The notes beneath the pieces are model-generated. The model saw only the letters and a program-made list of their open reading frames with translations, searched no databases and was not told the DNA's origin. DNA of 8,931 bases from Octopus sinensis (Eukaryota), in the NCBI RefSeq assembly GCF_006345805.1, contig NW_021828186.1, positions 1-8,931 of the forward strand. The letters are read 5' to 3'. This document shows positions 1 to 7,192 of this stretch, piece by piece (within the stretch, counting starts at the first letter, position 1; each line of letters opens with the position of its first letter). The position numbers were made by a program, and so were the translations under genes.

Positions 1-209
1 TTTTAAATTTCGATTCTTGTTAACTCATGTTTATCCTTGTCTTTACATGTATTTATGACATAAGATTTGCATATGTATACCCATGGTTAAGTACAGGTAA
101 TAACCGTAGTGTAATGGATATTTCTATCCCTTAGACGGTTATTTTAACCTCTAACTCAGCTAACCTATATATATATATAGATATGTCCGGATGTTTTATA
201 TATATATGA

Positions 210-210
<1 letters not shown>

Positions 211-250
<40 letters not shown>
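211..250. repeat. (TA)20 microsatellite
   Basis: Perfect TA dinucleotide run read directly; shorter TA runs at ~166-179 and ~197-207. Confidence 0.97.
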
Positions 251-254
<4 letters not shown>

Positions 255-270
255 AAGTCTTCCTCTTTTG

Positions 271-345
271 TTTGTTTTTGTAAATTCACACACTATATTA
301 TATATATATATATATATATATAGTGTGTGAATTTACAAAAACAAA
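271..345. repeat. Long inverted repeat (palindrome) with (TA)n centre
   Basis: 271-295 TTTGTTTTTGTAAATTCACACACTA is the exact reverse complement of 321-345 TAGTGTGTGAATTTACAAAAACAAA. The spacer is (TA)n with one extra T. Confidence 0.95.
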
Positions 346-411
346 TATATATATATTACAGACATATAAATATATGCCTTCACATAAGCATGCACATATG
401 CATATCTATGG

Positions 412-492
412 GTGTGTATGTGTGTGTGTGTCCGTGTGTGTGTGTGCGTATGTGTATGTATGTATGTGTATGTGTGTTTGTGCGCGCGTGTG
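412..492. repeat. Compound (TG)n/(TATG)n microsatellite
   Basis: Imperfect TG and TATG runs; source of the spurious ORFs 323..586 and 327..641. Confidence 0.9.
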
Positions 493-588
493 CACAAATG
501 AGAGAGAGACTTCCGCCTGCGTTTCTTTCTGTTCCGGTTTATATGAATGTATGTCTGTTTTGTCTAGGATCGGGATGCGGGAATAGGA

Positions 589-631
589 TGAGAGAGTGTG
601 TGAGAAAGAGAAAGAGAAAGAGAGAGAGAGA
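589..631. repeat. (GA)n/(GAGAAA)n purine tract
   Basis: Read directly. Confidence 0.85.
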
Positions 632-661
632 GGGGGGATGAATTGGGGGGCTAGGGTGGGG
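632..661 (+). other. Canonical G-quadruplex-forming motif
   Basis: GGGGGG-ATGAATT-GGGGGG-CTA-GGG-T-GGGG fits the G3+N1-7 x4 pattern. Motif only; folding not shown. Confidence 0.65.
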
Positions 662-957
662 CTGGCAGCACATTCTTAATATAGTTAATTAGTGATAATT
701 GAATAAACAGTCTGCAGAAACAAGAGATCGGGGTTGTAAAAACTACACTACACTAAAATAAAACCAACCAATGTGTTGGTCTCTTGTCTCTCTCTCGGCA
801 AATCTGTTATAATCGGGTGTCATCACTTCCCACCGAAGTAGAGTATAGTCATTGTTGTGGTCCTTTGTTATTTGCTCTTTGCTGTTGCCGTTGTCTTGGG
901 GGCTCTTCTGAAGAGATTGATGTTCAATCTCTCATCAATTCTAAGGAAGTTGCAATT

Positions 958-993
<36 letters not shown>

Positions 994-1022
994 TAGTAGT
1001 AGTATAGCAGTAGTAGTATAGC

Positions 1023-1064
<42 letters not shown>

Positions 1065-1092
1065 TTTAGTAGTAGTGTATGTATGTATGTAT
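958..1092. repeat. (GTA)n trinucleotide microsatellite followed by short (GTAT)n
   Basis: Interrupted GTA run at 958-1076 containing two TATAGCAG variants, then GTAT repeats. Confidence 0.95.
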
Positions 1093-1603
1093 ACACGTGA
1101 TCAGAGGGAAGCCATCTTTCCGACTGCTATCTTCAGTGCTATCTTCACAAAGACCAGACCAACGTATCCTGTCTCTTCATAAGCTGTTTCCTTAAGCGTT
1201 CTGAATAATTTTTTCCATCGTCTTGGCTTAACAATCCTCATCGTTTATTTTTACTGTTTTGCTCTCATTGTTCTGTCTTTTACTGTTTTTACTTTTTTAT
1301 TGTTTTTACTGTTTTGTTCTTACTGTCCTGTTCTTGTTACCACTTTCACCCTCCGCAAAAAATCCCAAATTTTATTTAATTTGCTTTGCGGGAAGGACGG
1401 TTTCAATGAAGTCGCGTCTTGTCCTTGCCTTCGTAACGCGGAGTAGATGAAACAGGGATAACTGAAGAAGGGGAATATTCTTTATGTTGTATGTCTCGTT
1501 TCTCCGTTTTTTTTTTTCGTTGTTTGAAAAAATGTTCGTTTCTATGTTTTTCTTTTTATGTTTTCGTTTCTCATTGTGTTCAACGTTTTTTATGTCCTGT
1601 ACC

Positions 1604-1700
1604 CATATATGCATGTATATATACATATATATGTAGGTATGTACATATATGTATGTATATATGCATATATTTATATATTATTTATATTATATATATATAT
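1604..1700. repeat. Degenerate (TA)/(TATG) low-complexity tract
   Basis: Read directly. Confidence 0.85.
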
Positions 1701-1828
1701 AATAATTATTTGAGGGAATAAAATCCAAACTTACAAGGAAAAAGAATTCAATTTAGAAATACTAAATCAAATTCCACACAATATAATATATACAAAATAT
1801 TAGAAAAAAACCCACCTTTTATCAATTC
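1701..1828. repeat. Possible degenerate fragment of a TA-flanked octopus interspersed repeat
   Basis: AT-rich segment (GGGAATAAAATCCAAACTTACAAGGAAAAA...) between two TA tracts. It resembles, from memory only, a repeat common in octopus assemblies; unverified. Confidence 0.25.
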
Positions 1829-1950
1829 ATATATATATATATAGAACAAATATGTATATATATGTATATATATATTTGTGTGTGTGTGTGTCTGTGTATA
1901 CTTTCGTGCACATACACATATGCACGCACACACTCATACGCTCACGCACG
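1829..1950. repeat. Compound (TA)n-(TG)n-(CA)n/(CACG)n microsatellite
   Basis: Read directly; the tract switches from TG to CA polarity around 1898. Confidence 0.85.
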
Positions 1951-2119
1951 CGCGCACACATTTGTATCGACTCATCATATTTTCGTTCGTCATAGATAAA
2001 ATGCTTTGCAATGTTGAGCTTTCGACTGAAGTGTCACGCTATTGTATTCTCACACTGACGCACTATATTCGTTCCGCTCTGCCTCACCGAACAACGGAGC
2101 ATGTAAATATATACATACT

Positions 2120-2132
2120 GAGACAGAGAGAC

Positions 2133-2170
<38 letters not shown>

Positions 2171-2322
2171 TGTGTTGTGTGAGAGAGAGAGTGTGTGTGA
2201 GAAAGAGAGAGAGAGTGTGTGAGAGAGAGAGAGAAGAGAGAGTGTGTGAGAAAGAGAGAGAGAGAGTGTGTGAGAAAGAGTGGTGTGAGAGAGAGAGAGC
2301 GTGTGTGTGAGAGAGAGAGTGT

Positions 2323-2355
<33 letters not shown>
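2120..2355. repeat. Long compound (GA)n/(GT)n microsatellite at the 3' end of the RTE fragment
   Basis: Read directly; source of the SL/TH-rich spurious ORFs at 2034-2491. Confidence 0.95.
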
Positions 2356-2356
<1 letters not shown>

Positions 2357-3150
2357 GCGCGGGGTCGTGGGAGAGTGGCGTGCCCAAAAAACTTCAAGAT
2401 CGACGTCAGCTTCTCTTTTCCGAGTTATTTCTTTCGTCATCTCTACCACCCCATTGATGTCGGCGACTCTGATGATTGACAAGACCGACATTTTGCGTGA
2501 AACAATAGTCCACAGATGTCACATTTGATGGTCAGCAGAAGTTCTTGCTGAAGTTCGTAGTTCTTTCGTCGTAAACGTCTATCTTCTTCATTTCATAGAA
2601 GATGCTTTTCAAAATGTTCAACAGAAGTCCTGATGGTGTGACGCCGTTCTAATACGTCTCCTCCGTGTTGCTCACACGATTTAAGGTCAAGATTGGTGCT
2701 CCTCATCGTCTGTTTCAGTTGGACTTCGTAGCGTCGCATGAAACGCCCGCGTGATCTCTTGCCGGCAGTGGTTCGGTTTAGAGGATTTGACGTGGCAGTC
2801 CAATACTCCTCATGAGGTGGCCATGACCTGACCATGTGAGGCGATGTTTGATAATGAGAGCCTCAACGCTGTTAGCGTTGGCTCGCTCGAGGACTGCAAA
2901 TCTGTTGACATAGTTATCCCGTTTGATGTTAATAACTGATCGCAGCTTTTGTTGATAGAATCGTTCCAGCTATTGAACAACTCTGCAGTACAAGGTCCAC
3001 CTCTCACAACCACAGAGTAAAAAGATAAATACAATGTAAATATTACCTTATGCGTTAGACTCCATTAATTGAAATCATGGCGACTAACCGTTTCAATTAA
3101 TTCGTTAGGTCCTTTGCCAATCGTGTGTAGCATCGCATGAGAAACACACG
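2357..3150 (-). mobile_element. Decayed 3' fragment of an RTE-clade non-LTR retrotransposon (post-RT C-terminal region with terminal CxxC...HxxxxH finger, plus 3' UTR)
   Basis: Manual minus-strand translation: LLCGCERWTLYCRVVQ*LERFYQQKLRSVINIKRDNYVNRFAVLERANANSVEALIIKHRLTWSGHGHLMRSIGLPRQIL*TE/TAGKRSRGRFMRRYEVQLKQTMRSTNLDLKSCEQHGGDVLERRHTIRTSVEHFEKHLL*NEEDRRLRRK...KCDICGL/CFTQNVGLVNHQSRRH. This matches RTE motifs LLYGCETWTLY, LRWxGHVxRM, PKQILYGEL, GKRxRG and CxxCG...GLxSH. Stops at 2970-2972, 2778-2780 and 2593-2595, with at least two frameshifts. The left and right boundaries are approximate. Confidence 0.9.
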
Positions 3151-3177
3151 ACGTATTTCCCTGGCATCCACACATCG

Positions 3178-3513
3178 TTTTCTTTCTTTTCTTCTTTTGC
3201 TTCCTTCAGATCATTTGACTGCGGCCATGTTGGAGCAGCACCCTGAAGGGTTTTAGTCAAACAAATCGATCCTAAGACTTATTTTTAAAGGCTAGCGCTT
3301 ATTCTGTCGGTCACTTTTGCCGAACCGCTGGTTTGCGGGGACGTAAACGCACAGACACCGGTTGTCAGGCGGCGACAGGCGGACAAACACAGACACAAAG
3401 ACGCGCGGGCAGCACACATACACACATACATGCATACACATACATACATTTATACATACATACATACATTCATATATACATATACATACACACACACCAC
3501 ACACACACACACA
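3178..3513 (-). mobile_element. SINE family A: 3' tail (3178-3400) plus internal microsatellite (3413-3513), without an adjacent head
   Basis: The reverse complement aligns to the tail at 7732-7919 (GTTTGTCC...GACAACCGGTG...TTTACGTCCCCG...GCGGTTCGGCAAAAG.GACCGA.AGAATAAG...CATGGCCGCAGTCAAATGA). It ends in an A-rich (AAAAG)n-like tail. Confidence 0.9.
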
Positions 3514-4035
3514 TAAATTTGACATGGGCAATTCTTTCTTGTCTTGGGATTCACGGTCAAACGGCTGGGTGGAATTGTATGAAAAATTACACAGGTGTGT
3601 AGACTGATCCGGTGGTGATGCTGGGCTTTGTATTTTCTTCATAGCTCCCGTGGTTTCCAAGATAATCTACTATAATAATACACTTGTGTTTATGAATGAG
3701 AAACGAAAGGGTGATAGATGAATAAGGAAGGGAGGGGTGAGTGTGAATATATGTATGTGTATGTAAAAGGGGAGTATGTGAATGTGTGTGTGCGTGCGCG
3801 CGCAATGGAAGTTGTATGCTTCGTCTTTGTTCGCTTAGTATTTGGATTTATTTTTTGATTTGGTTGAATCTTGGTTGTTTTTTTTTTTTTTGTTAGAACA
3901 AGAGAGGGAGATAGATAGAAAGAATAGAGATAGGACAAGAGTGCACATCGGAATTATTAAGATAAAACTTGGTTGGAAATGGATGCGTAGCGTTCGATAA
4001 AATAATATAAACAATATATAGATATGTGCAAATAA

Positions 4036-4060
4036 CATATATGTACATACCTACATATAT

Positions 4061-4103
<43 letters not shown>
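4036..4103. repeat. (TA)n microsatellite abutting the SINE A head
   Basis: Read directly; same position relative to the head as the internal microsatellite at 7678-7731. Confidence 0.9.
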
Positions 4104-4106
<3 letters not shown>

Positions 4107-4266
4107 CGACGGGTTTCTTTCAGTTTCCGCCTACCAAATCCACTGGCAAGACTTTGGTTGGCCCGAGGCTATAGTAGAAGACACTTGCGCAAGGTGCCAC
4201 ACAATGGGACTGACCCGAGAACCATATGATTGGGAAGCAAGCTTCTTAACATACAGCCACACCTCT
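4104..4266 (-). mobile_element. SINE family A: tRNA-derived head plus CORE-like domain
   Basis: Reverse complement GGTGTGGCTGTATGTTAAGAAGCTTGCTTCCCAATCATATGGTTCTCGGGTCAGTCCCATTGTGTGGCACCTTGCGCAAGTGTCTT...GGATTTGGTAGGCGGAAACTGAAAGAAACCCGTCGTAT aligns to 7535-7680. Confidence 0.92.
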
Positions 4267-4271
4267 TAATC

Positions 4272-4423
4272 GTTTCAGTTACTGGATTACGGCCATGCTG
4301 GGACATCACCTTCTAGGATTCTAGTCGAACGAATCATCAGTTGTACATATTTTTTAAAATCCTGGTAATAATTATATCTGACTCTTTTGCTGAACCGCTT
4401 AGTTACGGAGACGGCGTAAACAA
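4272..4423 (-). mobile_element. SINE family A: older, 5'-truncated tail copy
   Basis: TTTCAGT...GGCCATGCTGG...TAGTCGAACGAATC...CTCTTTTGCTGAACCGCTTAGTTACGGAGAC...GTAAAC aligns with 3200-3350 and with the reverse complement of 7770-7908. Confidence 0.8.
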
Positions 4424-4777
4424 GATAAAGTATTGCATTATCAAGATTAACCGGTGCCAGGTTGAAATCCGAAGCATAAATGTACTTCCTTAAGCTTAGG
4501 TCACTGAATTCTAGATGAATACTCTCGTTCTTGTTGCTCAAGGAATGTAACACGTGATTTAATGTAGATAAGCGGATATTAGTCATAGGATATCTCACAT
4601 ATCTCATACAGTCATCATATATCCCTTGGGGATTACACTGCAGTCATTAAGAGACACTCAAACCAATGCGGAAACCTATACATAGCCAATTACTCTGTAA
4701 GAAATAGCAGCTAAATTTTCTTCAAATCTTGTCTCCCTATCTTTTCTGAAAAAGGGGAACATATTGGATTAGATAAT

Positions 4778-4960
4778 CTATTTCTTTACTACCCACATTG
4801 GCTAAACATAGAGGGAACGAACAAGGACAGACAAACAGATTAAGTCGATTACATTGACTCTAGTGCGTAACTGGTACTTAATTTATCGACCCCGAAAGTA
4901 TGAAAGGCAAAGTCGACCTCGGCAGAATCTGAACTCGGAACGTAAAGACAGACGAAATAC
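4778..4960 (-). mobile_element. SINE family B unit 1 (183 bp; tRNA-derived, 5' A-box part missing)
   Basis: Direct repeat of 4961-5144 with about 23 differences by manual alignment (~87% identity). Degenerate B-box GAGTTCAGATT on the minus strand. Resembles the octopus OR/OK-type tRNA SINEs; exact family not determined. Confidence 0.88.
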
Positions 4961-5153
4961 CTATTTCTTTACTACCCACAAGCGGTTAAACACAGAGGGG
5001 ACGAACAAAGACAGACAAACGGATTAAGTCGATTACATCGACCCCAGTGTGTAACTGGTACTTATTTAATCGACCGCGAAAGGATGAAAGGCAAAGTCGA
5101 CCTCGGCGGAATTTGAACTCAGAACGTAGCGGCTGACGAAATACCTATTTCTT
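4961..5153 (-). mobile_element. SINE family B unit 2 (184 bp) plus 9 bp of a third unit
   Basis: B-box-like GAGTTCAAATTCC on the minus strand (5108-5120) and central CTTTGCCTTTCATCCTTTCGCGGTCGATTAAATAAGTACCAG domain. CTATTTCTT recurs at 4778, 4961 and 5145. Confidence 0.9.
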
Positions 5154-5580
5154 GAGCACATTGGGCAGCAAGCTAATAGCATGGGTTTCTGTTGGCTGTG
5201 GTTTTCTGAGCATCCGGCCATTCGATATTAACCTCGCTCATGTCGGATTTGAATGTGTTGTACCGTGTTGTTTTCGGTCATCTCCTCTTCCGTTCCCCTT
5301 CCGGTGGTGTCCATTTGAAAACTGCTTTCGAATGGCGTAGTTCTGGTAATCGAAATATAAAACCTGTTAATTTTATTCTTCGTTCTTTGATGATGATTTC
5401 GTAGAATGTCTTCAATGATTGCACAGTTTCGCCAGTACGTTCCCAGTTTTACGTTTTAGTTTCCGGTAAATGTACTTTACTGGTTAAGAGTGACCTTAGA
5501 ATATGTCGACACTCATTTTACGTATATAACTTCATCGATATATCTAAACAATATTTCCCCAGCTATAGATATGGTTGTTA
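5154..5580 (-). mobile_element. Decayed 3' fragment of a second, distinct RTE-clade LINE (C-terminal region, no zinc finger seen)
   Basis: Manual minus-strand translation: CRHILRSLLTSKVHLPETKT*NWERTGETVQSLKTFYEIIIKERRIKLTGFIFRLPELRHSKAVFKWTPPEGERKRR*PKTTRYNTFKSDMSEVNIEWPDAQKTTANRNPCY*LAAQCAQ. This matches the RTE pattern CLRRIL..WP..ISNEELWERT..IKxRRxxWxGHxLR..WTPxGKRKRGRPKTTW..AxDRxxWRxLVAxLC. Open for 56 codons at 5448-5281. The right boundary is approximate. Confidence 0.85.
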
Positions 5581-5947
5581 GTAACGTGAAACCCTGCTTT
5601 TCATTTTTTTTTAGTTTGGCTTTTGCTATTTTTTTTTCCTTTCGTTTGTTTCGTTGATTTTATGATGATATTGAGATGTCAATGGAACAACTTCTCATAA
5701 TAAGCCAGTTTCTCAAAGCTGTAAACCCATATAGGTTTTTTTATTTTTAATGTGTGATTAGATTTCCAACGACTTGAAAATCATATTACATCTGACATTT
5801 TAAATGATGTCGCCTATATTAAATGTGAACGTTGGCAAAGTTAAGTGCACTTAGAAAAGAATAAATTACATTTTATATACATTTAACGAGTGGCTTTTGT
5901 CGTGGCAAGAAGCTAACTTCTCAAATATTTAATACTCCCCAAAAGTG

Positions 5948-5952
5948 ATATG

Positions 5953-5984
<32 letters not shown>

Positions 5985-6124
5985 TGTATGCATGTATATA
6001 CATGTGTGTGCATGTATATACATAAGTATGTATGTACGTATGTGTGTATAAATACACACATGCGCATTCATAATACATACATACATGTAATATATATATA
6101 TACATATAGATATATATATACATA

Positions 6125-6172
<48 letters not shown>

Positions 6173-6186
6173 ACATATATATACGT

Positions 6187-6238
<52 letters not shown>

Positions 6239-6262
6239 TATATATATATATATATATATATT
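5948..6262. repeat. Large compound microsatellite (TATG)n-(CATA)n-(TA)n-(CA)n-(TA)n
   Basis: Read directly; includes a perfect (AC)n run at ~6189-6237. Confidence 0.95.
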
Positions 6263-6271
6263 AGCAAGAAA

Positions 6272-6322
6272 GAGAGAGTGAGTGTCGGAGAGAGTGAGTG
6301 TCGGAGAGAGTGAGTGTCGGAG
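6272..6322. repeat. 16-bp minisatellite, 3 perfect copies of GAGAGAGTGAGTGTCG
   Basis: Units at 6272-6287, 6288-6303 and 6304-6319, plus a partial fourth. Confidence 0.95.
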
Positions 6323-6384
6323 GGACAGAGAAAGAGAATGATTGACCGAAAAGAGTGACGGAGAAAAAGATGGAGGAATATGTA

Positions 6385-6394
6385 AGTATAGATG

Positions 6395-6426
<32 letters not shown>

Positions 6427-6660
6427 TGTATGTATGTATGTATGTATGTATGTATGTACGTATGTATGTATGTATGTACGTATGTATGTATGTATGCGTG
6501 TGTGTATGTATATATGTATATATATATATATACATATGTTTATAGATACATAGATATGCATATACATATAGAAAGAGAGATATACACATCATATACAAAC
6601 GCACGTCCACACACACACACACACACACACACACAACACACACAAACACACGTACGTGCA
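6385..6660. repeat. Compound (TATG)n-(TA)n-(CA)n microsatellite
   Basis: Read directly. Confidence 0.93.
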
Positions 6661-6701
6661 TAGACAAACATTTCAGTAATTAATTATACACAGATAAGAA
6701 G

Positions 6702-6777
<76 letters not shown>
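6702..6777. repeat. (TAGA)19 / GATA (Bkm-type) tetranucleotide microsatellite
   Basis: Perfect run read directly. Confidence 0.97.
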
Positions 6778-7101
6778 CAGACGGTTTATATTGATAGATA
6801 TATGTTAAAACAAGTTAGGCGGTAGACAATTACATAAGCGAAGATATACGGCAATAAATATGCATAGACACAGAGAAGTATTGAATATTCAAATTAAATT
6901 AAGCATAAGAAATATACAAAACAATAAAGCCACTCGATTATGAGTTCCGTTATCAAAGTATGGAAAGCTATGTATGGATGGACATTACAGCAATATATCG
7001 ATTTTTCATCAGATATTAATGATATGGCTGAAACTGGGTGTCGAATTATCGGCCCGAAAGTCGATAATGTGCCTGTGGAAAACTACTTAACTCTTACTTA
7101 C

Positions 7102-7192
7102 TCTTTCTTTCTCTCTCTCTCTCTCTCTCCTTCTTTCTCTCTCTCACACTCTCTCTTTCTCTTTTTCTCTCTCTCCTTCTTTCTCTCTCTCT
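7102..7192. repeat. (CT)n pyrimidine tract
   Basis: Read directly. Confidence 0.92.

Noticed and set aside
323-641. ORFs 323..586 and 327..641 and similar CV/YI/TH/SL/RE-rich ORFs throughout (1491-2491, 3292-4229, 5913-6667, 8003-8279)
   Set aside because: They are translations of stop-poor microsatellites and low-complexity tracts, with no protein-like composition.
1095-1480. Short open frames and acceptor-like sites on the minus strand, plus a TGCTATCTTCA direct repeat
   Set aside because: No consistent acceptor/donor pair with a recognisable peptide; compatible with chance.
2469-2510. Hammerhead-like CTGATGA...GAAACAATAGTC on the plus strand
   Set aside because: The core motifs and a minimal stem III are present, but stems I and II cannot pair. 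It lies antisense within RTE coding sequence, so it is likely chance.
2593-2835. 80-aa ORF as a standalone gene
   Set aside because: It is one frameshifted piece of the RTE fossil.
4287-4607. 106-aa minus-strand ORF that looks compositionally normal
   Set aside because: Its last ~45 codons lie within a decayed SINE A tail (4272-4423), and the remainder has no recognisable motif.
4690-4777. Possible remnant of another octopus repeat (CTGTAAGAAATAGCAGC...)
   Set aside because: Only a vague recollection of similarity, with no second copy in the window to verify it.
5133-5153. CTGACGA at the SINE B junction suggesting a retrozyme (hammerhead tandem repeat)
   Set aside because: No stem II followed by GAAA, and unit 1 has CAGACGA at the same position.
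4778-5153. Repeat array as CRISPR-like
   Set aside because: The units are contiguous ~184-bp repeats without unique spacers, in eukaryotic DNA with no cas genes.
6940-7100. ORF MSSVIKVWK... and a 9-bp hairpin at 7045-7068 faintly resembling SINE B
   Set aside because: No recognisable homology, and the similarity is too short to support.
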